DNA of 64,000 nucleotides from a plasmid. The stretch's first letter is position 1, and each line of letters opens with the position of its first letter. The position numbers and the translations under genes were made by a program. Positions 1-9,764 of the stretch are shown here, piece after piece. The stretch lies in sequence record OW849071.1; one strand, given 5' to 3'. The notes under the pieces were generated by a model, which had not been told where the DNA came from, did not search any database, and saw only the letters and a program-made list of their open reading frames with translations.

Positions 1-275
1 TTGCCGTAGAAGAACAGCAAGGCCGCCAATGCCTGACGATGCGTGGAGACCGAAACCTTGCGCTCGTTCGCCAGCCAGGACAGAAATGCCTCGACTTCGC
101 TGCTGCCCAAGGTTGCCGGGTGACGCACACCGTGGAAACGGATGAAGGCACGAACCCAGTGGACATAAGCCTGTTCGGTTCGTAAACTGTAATGCAAGTA
201 GCGTATGCGCTCACGCAACTGGTCCAGAACCTTGACCGAACGCAGCGGTGGTAACGGCGCAGTGGCGGTTTTCAT
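1..275 (-). CDS. intI1: Class 1 integron integrase IntI1, 5' (N-terminal) portion; gene continues beyond window start
   Basis: Revcomp of 231..275 encodes [26 protein letters not shown]..., the canonical IntI1 N-terminus; followed by the standard 5'-CS sequence. Confidence 0.9.
160..188 (+). promoter_or_regulatory. Integron cassette promoter Pc (weak variant: -35 TGGACA, 17-bp spacer, -10 TAAACT) inside intI1
   Basis: TGGACA at 160..165 and TAAACT at 183..188 with 17-bp spacing; canonical 5'-CS context. Confidence 0.7.
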
Positions 276-346
276 GGCTTGTTATGACTGTTTTTTTGTA
301 CAGTCTATGCCTCGGGCATCCAAGCAGCAAGCGCGTTACGCCGTGG

Positions 347-417
347 GTCGATGTTTGATGTTATGGAGCAGCAACGATGTTACGCAGCAGGGCAGTCGCC
401 CTAAAACAAAGTTAACC
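347..417 (+). other. attI1 recombination site; crossover at G411/T412 (GTTAACC core)
   Basis: 5'-CS sequence ...cgcagcagggcagtcgccctaaaacaaagtta... immediately preceding the first cassette. Confidence 0.6.
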
Positions 418-421
418 CAGG

Positions 422-904
422 ATGAGAACCTTGAAAGTATCATTGATGGCTGCGAAAGCGAAAAACGGCGTGATTGGTTGCGGTCCAGACATACCCTGGT
501 CCGCGAAAGGGGAGCAGCTACTTTTTAAAGCATTGACCTACAATCAGTGGCTTCTGGTGGGTCGCAAGACGTTTGAATCTATGGGCGCACTCCCCAATAG
601 GAAATACGCGGTCGTTACCCGCTCAGGTTGGACATCAAATGATGACAATGTAGTTGTATTTCAGTCAATCGAAGAGGCCATGGACAGGCTAGCTGAATTC
701 ACCGGTCACGTTATAGTGTCTGGTGGCGGAGAAATTTACCGAGAAACATTACCCATGGCCTCTACGCTCCACTTATCGACGATCGACATCGAGCCAGAGG
801 GGGATGTTTTCTTCCCGAGTATTCCAAATACCTTCGAAGTTGTTTTTGAGCAACACTTTACTTCAAACATTAACTATTGCTATCAAATTTGGAAAAAGGG
901 TTAA
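422..904 (+). CDS. dfrA14: Trimethoprim-resistant dihydrofolate reductase, dfrA5/dfrA14 family gene cassette (alternative TTG start at 431)
   Basis: Product ...[64 protein letters not shown]...NINYCYQIW matches my recollection of the DfrA14/DfrA5 sequence; sits at attI1. Confidence 0.85.
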   Translation: MRTLKVSLMAAKAKNGVIGCGPDIPWSAKGEQLLFKALTYNQWLLVGRKTFESMGALPNRKYAVVTRSGWTSNDDNVVVFQSIEEAMDRLAEFTGHVIVSGGGEIYRETLPMASTLHLSTIDIEPEGDVFFPSIPNTFEVVFEQHFTSNINYCYQIWKKG

Positions 905-990
905 CAAAGCTATGCAATCGACGGCAAAAAGCTTCGTTCGCTTCGCGCACTACGCCTTTTCCGCGATTGATAGCGACGTTATGTGAATAT
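905..990 (+). other. attC (59-be) of the dfrA cassette; boundaries approximate
   Basis: Imperfect inverted repeats caatcgacgg ... ccgcgattg just after the dfrA stop; exact 1R core not resolved. Confidence 0.35.
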
Positions 991-1115
991 TGAAATGAGC
1001 ATTCCAAAGAAAGGAAGTAGAAAAATTATCGTGGGCGAAAATGAGTTTTTGTGGCTCATTAGGTCAAAACTCACATATTCGCAGGACTGTTTAGGTACAG
1101 AAATGACTGCGGTCG

Positions 1116-1391
1116 TTGAACCGGATGCCGGTCCTCACTGATGAAGAAGTGAACACCGTACGGGAATCGTGCCGGCAGCTTGGAGCTATCGGCCGGAACC
1201 TCAACCAGGTGGCCAGGGCCTTGAACATCGAGTTCAGGGAAAGTGACAAGCTCAAGCAAGAGGCCATCGAAAAACTGGCCGAACGGATCGACCAGCATTT
1301 GGACCATGTGTCTGAGCTGTTCGATAAGACCTGGAGCCGGTGGCACGATTGTCATTTTCAGAAGACGACTGCACCAGTTGATTGGGCGTAA
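1116..1391 (+). CDS. mobC: MobC-family relaxosome accessory protein (small-plasmid derived), replacing the integron 3'-CS
   Basis: 91-aa ORF with a MobC-like sequence; intI1-dfrA14-mobC-IS6100 arrangement recalled for In191-type integrons. Confidence 0.6.
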   Translation: MNRMPVLTDEEVNTVRESCRQLGAIGRNLNQVARALNIEFRESDKLKQEAIEKLAERIDQHLDHVSELFDKTWSRWHDCHFQKTTAPVDWA

Positions 1392-1473
1392 TGGCTGTTG
1401 TGCAGCCAGCTCCTGACAGTTCAATATCAGAAGTGATCTGCACCAATCTCGACTATGCTCAATACTCGTGTGG
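1358..1473 (+). repeat. Left arm of a ~116-bp perfect inverted duplication flanking IS6100 (3' end of mobC region); partner at 2383..2500
   Basis: Revcomp of 1358..1473 is identical to 2383..2500 (cacacgagtattgagcatagtcgagattggtgcagatcacttctgatattgaactgtcaggagctggctgcacaacagccattacgcccaatcaactggtgcagtcgtcttctgaaaatgaca). Confidence 0.85.
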
Positions 1474-2353
1474 GCTCTGTTGCAAAAATCGTGAAGCTTG
1501 AGCATGCTTGGCGGAGATTGGACGGACGGAACGATGACGGATTTCAAGTGGCGCCATTTCCAGGGTGATGTGATCCTGTGGGCGGTGCGCTGGTATTGTC
1601 GCTATCCGATCAGCTATCGCGACCTTGAGGAAATGCTGGCGGAACGCGGCATTTCGGTCGACCATACGACGATCTATCGCTGGGTCCAGTGCTACGCCCC
1701 GGAGATGGAGAAGCGGCTGCGCTGGTTCTGGCGGCGTGGCTTTGATCCGAGCTGGCGCCTGGATGAAACCTACGTCAAGGTGCGGGGCAAGTGGACCTAC
1801 CTGTACCGGGCAGTCGACAAGCGGGGCGACACGATCGATTTCTACCTGTCGCCGACCCGCAGCGCCAAGGCAGCGAAGCGGTTCCTGGGCAAGGCCCTGC
1901 GAGGCCTGAAGCACTGGGAAAAGCCTGCCACGCTCAATACCGACAAAGCGCCGAGCTATGGTGCAGCGATCACCGAATTGAAGCGCGAAGGAAAGCTGGA
2001 CCGGGAGACGGCCCACCGGCAGGTGAAGTATCTCAATAACGTGATCGAGGCCGATCACGGAAAGCTCAAGATACTGATCAAGCCGGTGCGCGGTTTCAAA
2101 TCGATCCCCACGGCCTATGCCACGATCAAGGGATTCGAAGTCATGCGAGCCCTGCGCAAAGGACAGGCTCGCCCCTGGTGCCTGCAGCCCGGCATCAGGG
2201 GCGAGGTGCGCCTTGTGGAGAGAGCTTTTGGCATTGGGCCCTCGGCGCTGACGGAGGCCATGGGCATGCTCAACCACCATTTCGCAGCAGCCGCCTGATC
2301 GGCGCAGAGCGACAGCCTACCTCTGACTGCCGCCAATCTTTGCAACAGAGCCT
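1474..2353 (+). mobile_element. IS6100 (IS6 family), complete 880 bp with 14-bp terminal IRs GGCTCTGTTGCAAA
   Basis: IR at 1474..1487 and inverted copy at 2340..2353; length exactly 880 bp; internal transposase. Confidence 0.95.
1534..2298 (+). CDS. tnpA: IS6100 transposase (ORF track gives an upstream alternative start at 1498)
   Basis: [66 protein letters not shown]... is the IS6100 Tnp. Confidence 0.95.
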   Translation: MTDFKWRHFQGDVILWAVRWYCRYPISYRDLEEMLAERGISVDHTTIYRWVQCYAPEMEKRLRWFWRRGFDPSWRLDETYVKVRGKWTYLYRAVDKRGDTIDFYLSPTRSAKAAKRFLGKALRGLKHWEKPATLNTDKAPSYGAAITELKREGKLDRETAHRQVKYLNNVIEADHGKLKILIKPVRGFKSIPTAYATIKGFEVMRALRKGQARPWCLQPGIRGEVRLVERAFGIGPSALTEAMGMLNHHFAAAA

Positions 2354-2382
2354 CCGTCGCCATGCTCACCTCGCTTTGGTGC

Positions 2383-2500
2383 ACACGAGTATTGAGCATA
2401 GTCGAGATTGGTGCAGATCACTTCTGATATTGAACTGTCAGGAGCTGGCTGCACAACAGCCATTACGCCCAATCAACTGGTGCAGTCGTCTTCTGAAAAT
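2383..2500 (+). repeat. Right arm of the 116-bp inverted duplication flanking IS6100 (29-bp spacer 2354..2382 between the IS and the repeat)
   Basis: Exact reverse complement of 1358..1473. Confidence 0.85.
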
Positions 2501-2558
2501 GACACTGTTTGTATATAATCATGAAAAAATGGTGAGTAGAGTTTCAGGGTAACAGGGG

Positions 2559-3773
2559 ATGCTTATGTCGGTTTTCCACAACTGGCTACTTGAGATCGCA
2601 TGTGAGAATTACTTCGTCTACATCAAACGCCTTTCCGCCAACGATACCGGCGCAACAGGTGGTCACCAGGTAGGGCTTTATATCCCTTCAGGTATCGTTG
2701 AAAAACTCTTTCCGTCTATCAACCATACCCGTGAACTGAACCCTTCGGTTTTTCTCACCGCACATGTGTCATCGCATGATTGCCCTGACAGCGAAGCCAG
2801 GGCAATTTATTATAACAGCCGTCATTTTGGTAAAACCCGGAATGAAAAAAGGATTACCCGCTGGGGTAGAGGCAGCCCACTTCAGGATCCTGAAAATACA
2901 GGGGCTCTGACGCTCCTGGCTTTCAAGCTTGATGAGCAAGGGGGGGACTGTAAGGAAGTAAATATTTGGGTATGCGCCAGCACTGATGAAGAGGACGTCA
3001 TTGAGACCGCTATTGGTGAAGTTATACCCGGAGCGCTTATATCCGGCCCCGCAGGACAGATTCTAGGCGGACTATCTCTACAGCAAGCGCCAGTAAATCA
3101 TAAATATATTCTACCTGAAGACTGGCACCTGCGCTTTCCGTCGGGAAGTGAAATTATTCAGTATGCAGCCAGCCATTATGTGAAAAATTCCCTTGATCCG
3201 GATGAGCAACTTCTTGACCGCCGGCGCGTGGAGTACGACATATTTCTATTGGTTGAGGAACTGCATGTTCTGGATATCATCCGGAAAGGATTTGGCTCTG
3301 TGGATGAATTTATTGCGCTGGCCAATTCTGTCAGCAATCGCCGTAAATCCAGAGCCGGGAAGTCGCTGGAACTGCACCTGGAGCATCTATTCATTGAGCA
3401 CGGCCTGCGACACTTTGCGACGCAGGCCATCACAGAAGGTAATAAAAAACCCGATTTCCTTTTCCCTTCCGCAGGGGCTTACCACGATACTGAGTTTCCC
3501 GTAGAAAATCTGCGCATGCTGGCAGTCAAGACTACCTGTAAGGATCGCTGGCGTCAGATACTGAATGAGGCCGATAAAATTCATCAGGTGCATCTGTTTA
3601 CACTCCAGGAGGGAGTTTCTCTGGCTCAATATCGGGAGATGCGGGAGTCGGGTGTCAGATTGGTCGTGCCATCATCTCTGCACAAAAAATACCCGGAGGC
3701 GGTGAGAGCTGAGCTAATGACGCTAGGTGCGTTTATTGCTGAGCTGACAGGGCTTTACGCAGATATTCCATAG
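2559..3773 (+). CDS. ecoRIIR: EcoRII restriction endonuclease (CCWGG, Type IIE)
   Basis: ...MSVFHNWLLEIACENYFVYIKRLSANDTGATGGHQVGLYIPSGIVEKLF... matches the EcoRII endonuclease as I recall it; convergent with the cognate methylase. Confidence 0.9.
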   Translation: MLMSVFHNWLLEIACENYFVYIKRLSANDTGATGGHQVGLYIPSGIVEKLFPSINHTRELNPSVFLTAHVSSHDCPDSEARAIYYNSRHFGKTRNEKRITRWGRGSPLQDPENTGALTLLAFKLDEQGGDCKEVNIWVCASTDEEDVIETAIGEVIPGALISGPAGQILGGLSLQQAPVNHKYILPEDWHLRFPSGSEIIQYAASHYVKNSLDPDEQLLDRRRVEYDIFLLVEELHVLDIIRKGFGSVDEFIALANSVSNRRKSRAGKSLELHLEHLFIEHGLRHFATQAITEGNKKPDFLFPSAGAYHDTEFPVENLRMLAVKTTCKDRWRQILNEADKIHQVHLFTLQEGVSLAQYREMRESGVRLVVPSSLHKKYPEAVRAELMTLGAFIAELTGLYADIP

Positions 3774-3778
3774 ATTAT

Positions 3779-3803
3779 CTCCCGGCATAAATACCGGGAG
3801 GAG
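3779..3803. terminator. Bidirectional hairpin between convergent ecoRIIR and ecoRIIM
   Basis: tctcccggcataaataccgggagg palindrome between the two stop codons. Confidence 0.5.
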
Positions 3804-3806
3804 CGA

Positions 3807-5240
3807 TCAGATTCGTTCAACCTTGCACGAATCGGCATTAACCGCTTTCAGGATATAAGGTTCAAGCAGTTTGGCTACGGCTTCAAACACGGGCACCACT
3901 ACGGAGTTACCGAACTGCCTGTACGACTGAGTGTCTGACACAGGAATGCGAAAAGGCCTGCCATCTACTTTTTCAAAACCCATAAGGCGCGCGCACTCTC
4001 GCGGAGTCAGCCTGCGGGGCCGATGCGCCTGATTTTCTTCGTTCGCGAAGTCTGTTTCACCTGTGGCCATATCCCAGCCACGGTCTATCAGAATTTCAGA
4101 CCCGTCTTTGTGATAGCGAGCAGAAAGCGTACGGGCAATGCTTTCTTTATTTTCAGGATTAACGAGGCCAAAACCGAATCCGTTACCCTTAGCTGCGTGC
4201 TTTTTGGCGTAGTTATAGAGATACTCCCAGAGTTTCGGCGTCAGTATATATTTGCTGTCAACCACGGGTTCCAGCAGTTCGCCAAATGACGGACGCTGTT
4301 CCGGATAAAAACGACTAATATCGCGCAGGGTAAAGCCCTGGTGAATGTTCAGATCACGGCGGAAACCGACCAAAACGATACGTTCTCGGTGCTGAGGTAA
4401 AAAGTGCTTTCCGTCGATAACTTTAGGATCGTTTTTGCCCATCTCAGCTGCATCCGCAACTTCATAGCCCAGTTCGTCGAGGGTATCCATGATGACTTTA
4501 AAGGTTTTACCCTTGTCATGGCTCTTCAGGTTTTTAACGTTTTCAAGAACAAAGATGGCAGGTTTTTTTGCGCGGATAATACGCGCCACATCGAAGAAAA
4601 GCGTTCCCTGAGCCTCACATTCGAAACCATGCGCGCGCCCGAGCGAGTTTTTCTTGCTTACGCCCGCAAGGCTAAACGGTTGACAGGGGAAACCTGCTAG
4701 AAGTACATCATGATCCGGCACATGCTCATTAATGTAAGCATAGGCATCGTTTTCAGGTACTTCAGGTTTATCACTGAGCGTGACTTCACGAATATCGAGA
4801 TTGAAAGTGTGTTCCTGAGCATCGTTAAACCAGTTAGCTTTATATGTGCGCACAGCCTCTTTATTCCATTCACTGGTAAAAACGCACTGGCCACCGATGG
4901 TTTCGAAGCCCTTCCGTATACCTCCAATCCCAGCAAACAGGTCAATAAACCGGAAGGCATAGTCAGGGTGATGTGCAGGCGCTTCCGGAAGCATTTTTCG
5001 TAGAAGTTCCTCTTCGGCTAACGTCAGCGTCTTAGGTGAGCACTTACCATTAATCCAGCGATTAAGAGTCTCGCGACTCCACTCATTTTTACCAACTTTT
5101 CTAAGCAGTTCAGCCACGTACTTCTGGTCATAGATTTCCAGCACCTGCCCGAGCAGCTTTTTATCATTTTCCTGTCGCAGTTGTTCTTCCGCTTCTGCTT
5201 TCTCAAGCAGATCCTGCGCCAGTAATTCAAATTCAGACAT
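3807..5240 (-). CDS. ecoRIIM: EcoRII C5-cytosine DNA methyltransferase (Dcm-like, 477 aa; ORF track extends 14 codons further upstream to 5282)
   Basis: [37 protein letters not shown]... plus the FAGIGG and PCQ m5C methyltransferase motifs. Confidence 0.9.
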
Positions 5241-5334
5241 ATTGCCTCCATTGGGTCTTATGGGTGAAACTGTATCACTCATTTGACCCAGATTGAATGT
5301 TTTTATCTGGATATTTAAACAGGTTTATTGTTAG

Positions 5335-5506
5335 GTAACGCACGTTGGCCACGCTGGAGCGTCTTCTGGGCCTGCTGTCGGCCTTTGAGGTCGTGGTATG
5401 GATGACGGATGGCTGGCCGCTGTATGAACCCCGCCTGAAGGGAAAGCTGCACGTTATCAGCAAGCGTTACACTCAGCGCATTGAGCGACATAACCTGAAT
5501 CTGAGA
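5335..5506 (+). pseudogene. insB: Internal fragment (~172 bp) of a divergent IS1 insB, truncated by IS26
   Basis: Encodes ...[37 protein letters not shown], the C-terminal region of IS1 InsB; ends abruptly at the IS26 IR. Confidence 0.7.
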
Positions 5507-6299
5507 GGCACTGTTGCAAAGTTAGCGATGAGGCAGCCTTTTGTCTTATTCAAAGGCCTTACATTTCAAAAACTCTGCTTACCAGGCGCATTTCGCCCAG
5601 GGGATCACCATAATAAAATGCTGAGGCCTGGCCTTTGCGTAGTGCACGCATCACCTCAATACCTTTGATGGTGGCGTAAGCCGTCTTCATGGATTTAAAT
5701 CCCAGCGTGGCGCCGATTATCCGTTTCAGTTTGCCATGATCGCATTCAATCACGTTGTTCCGGTACTTAATCTGTCGGTGTTCAACGTCAGACGGGCACC
5801 GGCCTTCGCGTTTGAGCAGAGCAAGCGCGCGACCATAGGCGGGCGCTTTATCCGTGTTGATGAATCGCGGGATCTGCCACTTCTTCACGTTGTTGAGGAT
5901 TTTACCCAGAAACCGGTATGCAGCTTTGCTGTTACGACGGGAGGAGAGATAAAAATCGACAGTGCGGCCCCGGCTGTCGACGGCCCGGTACAGATACGCC
6001 CAGCGGCCATTGACCTTCACGTAGGTTTCATCCATGTGCCACGGGCAAAGATCGGAAGGGTTACGCCAGTACCAGCGCAGCCGTTTTTCCATTTCAGGCG
6101 CATAACGCTGAACCCAGCGGTAAATCGTGGAGTGATCGACATTCACTCCGCGTTCAGCCAGCATCTCCTGCAGCTCACGGTAACTGATGCCGTATTTGCA
6201 GTACCAGCGTACGGCCCACAGAATGATGTCACGCTGAAAATGCCGGCCTTTGAATGGGTTCATGTACAGCTCCATCAGCAAAAGGGGATGATAAGTTTA
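5507..6299 (-). mobile_element. IS26 copy A, 793 bp: IRR intact (GGCACTGTTGCAAA 5507..5520) but the terminal 27 bp including the other IR are missing; fused directly to a Tn3-family IR
   Basis: Standard IS26 sequence through ...gatgataagttta at 6299, then ggggtctgacgctcag... where tcaccaccgactatttgcaacagtgcc would be expected. Confidence 0.9.
5559..6263 (-). CDS. tnp26: IS26 transposase Tnp26
   Basis: [58 protein letters not shown]... Confidence 0.95.
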   Translation of the reverse strand: MNPFKGRHFQRDIILWAVRWYCKYGISYRELQEMLAERGVNVDHSTIYRWVQRYAPEMEKRLRWYWRNPSDLCPWHMDETYVKVNGRWAYLYRAVDSRGRTVDFYLSSRRNSKAAYRFLGKILNNVKKWQIPRFINTDKAPAYGRALALLKREGRCPSDVEHRQIKYRNNVIECDHGKLKRIIGATLGFKSMKTAYATIKGIEVMRALRKGQASAFYYGDPLGEMRLVSRVFEM

Positions 6300-6337
6300 G
6301 GGGTCTGACGCTCAGTGGAACGAAAACTCACGTTAAG
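6300..6337. repeat. 38-bp terminal inverted repeat of a Tn3-family transposon (Tn2/Tn3 type), tnpA-proximal end
   Basis: GGGGTCTGACGCTCAGTGGAACGAAAACTCACGTTAAG at 6300..6337. Confidence 0.85.
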
Positions 6338-8944
6338 CAACGTTTTCTGCCTCTGACGCCTCTTTTAATGGTCTCAGATGTCCTTTGGTCACCAGTTCTG
6401 CCAGCGTGAAGGAATAATGGCCGAGCATATTGATATGTCCGTGGCAAAGCGGGGAGAGGCGTGCGATATCTTCATCATTCAGTGTTTCACCCTGCGCCCG
6501 GAGATGATCCAGGGCTGCCTGCATATAAATAGTGTTCCATAACACGACGGCGTTAGTGACCAGCCCCAGTGTGCCCAGTTGATCTTCCTGACCGTCGGTA
6601 TATCGTTTTCTTATCTCACCTTTTTGACCGTGACAGATGGCTCTGGCAACGGCATGGCGACTTTCTCCCCGATTAAGCTGGGTCAGAATGCGCCGGCGGT
6701 AATCTTCATCATCAATATAATTAAGCAGATACAGCGTTTTGTTGATGCGCCCCACTTCAATGATTGCCTGAGTCAGTCCGGAAGGACGTTCACTTTTCAG
6801 CAATGAACGGACCAGCACTGAAACCTGTACTTTGCCCAGCTTCAGGGAGCCAGCGGTCCGGATCATTTCGTCCCACTGAAGGACTATTTTTCGGGGATCT
6901 GATTGCCCTCTGGCAATATCATTCAGCACGCCATAGTCGGCATCATGGTCCATTCGCCAGAAAACCGAAGCACCGGCATCAGCCAGGCGTGGAGAAAACT
7001 GGTATCCCAGCAGCCAGAAAAGGCCAAAGACAAGTTCGCTGGCACCTGCTGTATCGGTCATAATTTCGGTTGGATTCAGCCCGGTCTCCTGTTCCAGAAG
7101 ACCTTCCAGCACAAAGATAGAGTCCCTCAGCGTCCCCGGTATAACGATGCCATGAAAGCCGGAATACTGATCGGACACAAAGTTGTACCAGGTGATCCCT
7201 CTGTTATTACCAAAGTATTTGCGGTTCGGTCCGGCATTGATTGTTCTGACTGGCGTAACAAAGCGCATTCCATCTGCAGATGCCACTTCTCCTCCACCCC
7301 ATATCTGTGCCAGTGGCAGCGTTGCCTGAAAATCAACCAGTCTGGCATTAGCGCTGGTGATAGTTTCAGCCCGCAGATAGTTCGCTTTTGTCCAGTTCAG
7401 CCGGTGTCGGGTCAGTGCAGGAACATTTGATCTGATCAGTGGTTCCAGACCGATATTGCAGGCTTCAGCCATCAGCACGGCGCTGATGCTGACGGGCAGA
7501 TCATCAACTCTGGCACTGGCTTCACTAGCATGGAAAAACTCATCAGCAAATCCGGTATGGGCGTTAATTTCGAGCAGCAACTCCGTTAAATCCACCGGAG
7601 GGAGTAGATCACTGATCATTTTGCTCAGTCGTTTCAGACTGTCCGGCTCATCAAGACTGGCGAGGGGAGAAATTGTCAACCGGGGCTTCGGGCCAGAAAC
7701 ATCGAGTTCGACAGCCTCATTTTCGCAAAGACGTGCAGCAACCTGTCTGTAACGACTATCAAGCTGATGACCCAGAGATTTTATTGCTTCCTGCGGGTCT
7801 GTCGGGTGCCCCAAAGAACGATAAACCTTAATCCGGTTTGCCTGCCAGTCAGCACCCTGTAGTAATCTTGCACGAGGATCTCCCCACCGGTTACTGCCGG
7901 TAACGTAGACATCCCTCCGCCTCAGACTATCCTGCAGTTTACTGAGAAAGCAGAGCGTGTATCCCCTGCGGGTGATATGTTTTTCCTTGTTAATCACCAG
8001 CCGTTTCCATGACCGACTGATAATTTCCGTTGGTGCGTCGTCAAAAAACTGCCGCCGTGAGCTGAACTCCCGGCTGAGGTAGTCACAGGCATTCAGAGTG
8101 GTAACCCCGGCAGGTGCGGATGAAAATTTAACGGTATTCAGCAGATGGGGCAGGAAACGACGAACGCGCCCGTACTGCTCCACCATTTCTTCATGAAAAT
8201 TATCGTCTGAGGGCCGGGCAATTTCACGGACAAGCGTGATGATTTCAGCCAGCTTTTGCCTTGGGATGTAGCTGAACACCTCAGCACGAATCGATTCGTC
8301 CGGTGTTTCTTCTTTCAGCAGGTACGAACATGCGCTGGCGAGCGCCAATGCAGATTTATCCAGATCCTTCAGCGAGCGGAGCCGTTTTTTCTGCCCAATC
8401 TTTCTGGCGTCACGGATGATAACGGCCAGCATGGCGTCCAGAACGTCCAATGCATCATCCAGCGCCAGCGTTTCCCATGCAAGGACAAAGGCAACCAGAA
8501 CCGCCATCCTTTTCTGCGGTGACATCCTGGCAATATTGAACACCGAAGTCATACCAGCATAACGTGCGAGATTTTTCAGGCGCACAGCCGGGAGTGTACT
8601 CAGGTTTTCAGCATGCAGGCCAAAATCGTTCAGAGTTTTCCAGCGTTCAATTGCTTCATTAAACGCCGGACCACTGATGGTCACAGGGCCCTTTTTCAGT
8701 GATTCCAGTAAAGACAGGCGGCTGCAATCAGTTGGCCCCAGCAGCATCTCCAGCTGTGAACGCTGTTCGGCTGACGGTATCAGTGCCAGTTTGTTCCACA
8801 GGCGCAACGTCGCCTTTTCCCTTACCTCTGAAATCAACCGGGTCAGCGTAGTGGCTCCGGGGAGAATAATACGATGTTGCATAAGCCACCCTGTCGCCAG
8901 ATCGAAAAGCAGGCCAGGACGTTCGTTGCTTATCCAGCTCCGGG
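6333..8944 (-). pseudogene. tnpA: Tn2/Tn3 tnpA lacking roughly the first 130 codons (truncated by IS26 copy B); C-terminus intact and ends inside the IR
   Basis: ...SWISNERPGLLFDLATGWLMQHRIILPGATTLTRLISEVREKATLRLWNKLALIP... to the C-terminus matches Tn3-type TnpA; the ORF runs into IS26 at 8944/8945. Confidence 0.9.
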
Positions 8945-9764
8945 GGCACTGTTGCAAATAGTCGGTGGTGATAAACTTATCATCCCCTTTTGCTGATGGA
9001 GCTGCACATGAACCCATTCAAAGGCCGGCATTTTCAGCGTGACATCATTCTGTGGGCCGTACGCTGGTACTGCAAATACGGCATCAGTTACCGTGAGCTG
9101 CAGGAGATGCTGGCTGAACGCGGAGTGAATGTCGATCACTCCACGATTTACCGCTGGGTTCAGCGTTATGCGCCTGAAATGGAAAAACGGCTGCGCTGGT
9201 ACTGGCGTAACCCTTCCGATCTTTGCCCGTGGCACATGGATGAAACCTACGTGAAGGTCAATGGCCGCTGGGCGTATCTGTACCGGGCCGTCGACAGCCG
9301 GGGCCGCACTGTCGATTTTTATCTCTCCTCCCGTCGTAACAGCAAAGCTGCATACCGGTTTCTGGGTAAAATCCTCAACAACGTGAAGAAGTGGCAGATC
9401 CCGCGATTCATCAACACGGATAAAGCGCCCGCCTATGGTCGCGCGCTTGCTCTGCTCAAACGCGAAGGCCGGTGCCCGTCTGACGTTGAACACCGACAGA
9501 TTAAGTACCGGAACAACGTGATTGAATGCGATCATGGCAAACTGAAACGGATAATCGGCGCCACGCTGGGATTTAAATCCATGAAGACGGCTTACGCCAC
9601 CATCAAAGGTATTGAGGTGATGCGTGCACTACGCAAAGGCCAGGCCTCAGCATTTTATTATGGTGATCCCCTGGGCGAAATGCGCCTGGTAAGCAGAGTT
9701 TTTGAAATGTAAGGCCTTTGAATAAGACAAAAGGCTGCCTCATCGCTAACTTTGCAACAGTGCC
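8945..9764 (+). mobile_element. IS26 copy B, complete 820 bp
   Basis: GGCACTGTTGCAAA at 8945..8958 and TTTGCAACAGTGCC at 9751..9764; flanks unrelated to each other (no 8-bp TSD). Confidence 0.95.
9008..9712 (+). CDS. tnp26: IS26 transposase Tnp26
   Basis: Same sequence as the other copies. Confidence 0.95.
   Translation: MNPFKGRHFQRDIILWAVRWYCKYGISYRELQEMLAERGVNVDHSTIYRWVQRYAPEMEKRLRWYWRNPSDLCPWHMDETYVKVNGRWAYLYRAVDSRGRTVDFYLSSRRNSKAAYRFLGKILNNVKKWQIPRFINTDKAPAYGRALALLKREGRCPSDVEHRQIKYRNNVIECDHGKLKRIIGATLGFKSMKTAYATIKGIEVMRALRKGQASAFYYGDPLGEMRLVSRVFEM

Noticed and set aside
1071-1547. 158-aa minus-strand ORF overlapping mobC and the IS6100 end
   Set aside because: Antisense to mobC and crosses an IS boundary and the inverted-repeat arm; no coding support.
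5736-6308. 190 to 202-aa ORFs on the strand opposite tnp26 in each IS26 copy (also 8930..9535 and 14584..15192)
   Set aside because: Mirror-strand ORFs inside a well-characterised IS with a single known gene; repeated only because the IS is repeated.
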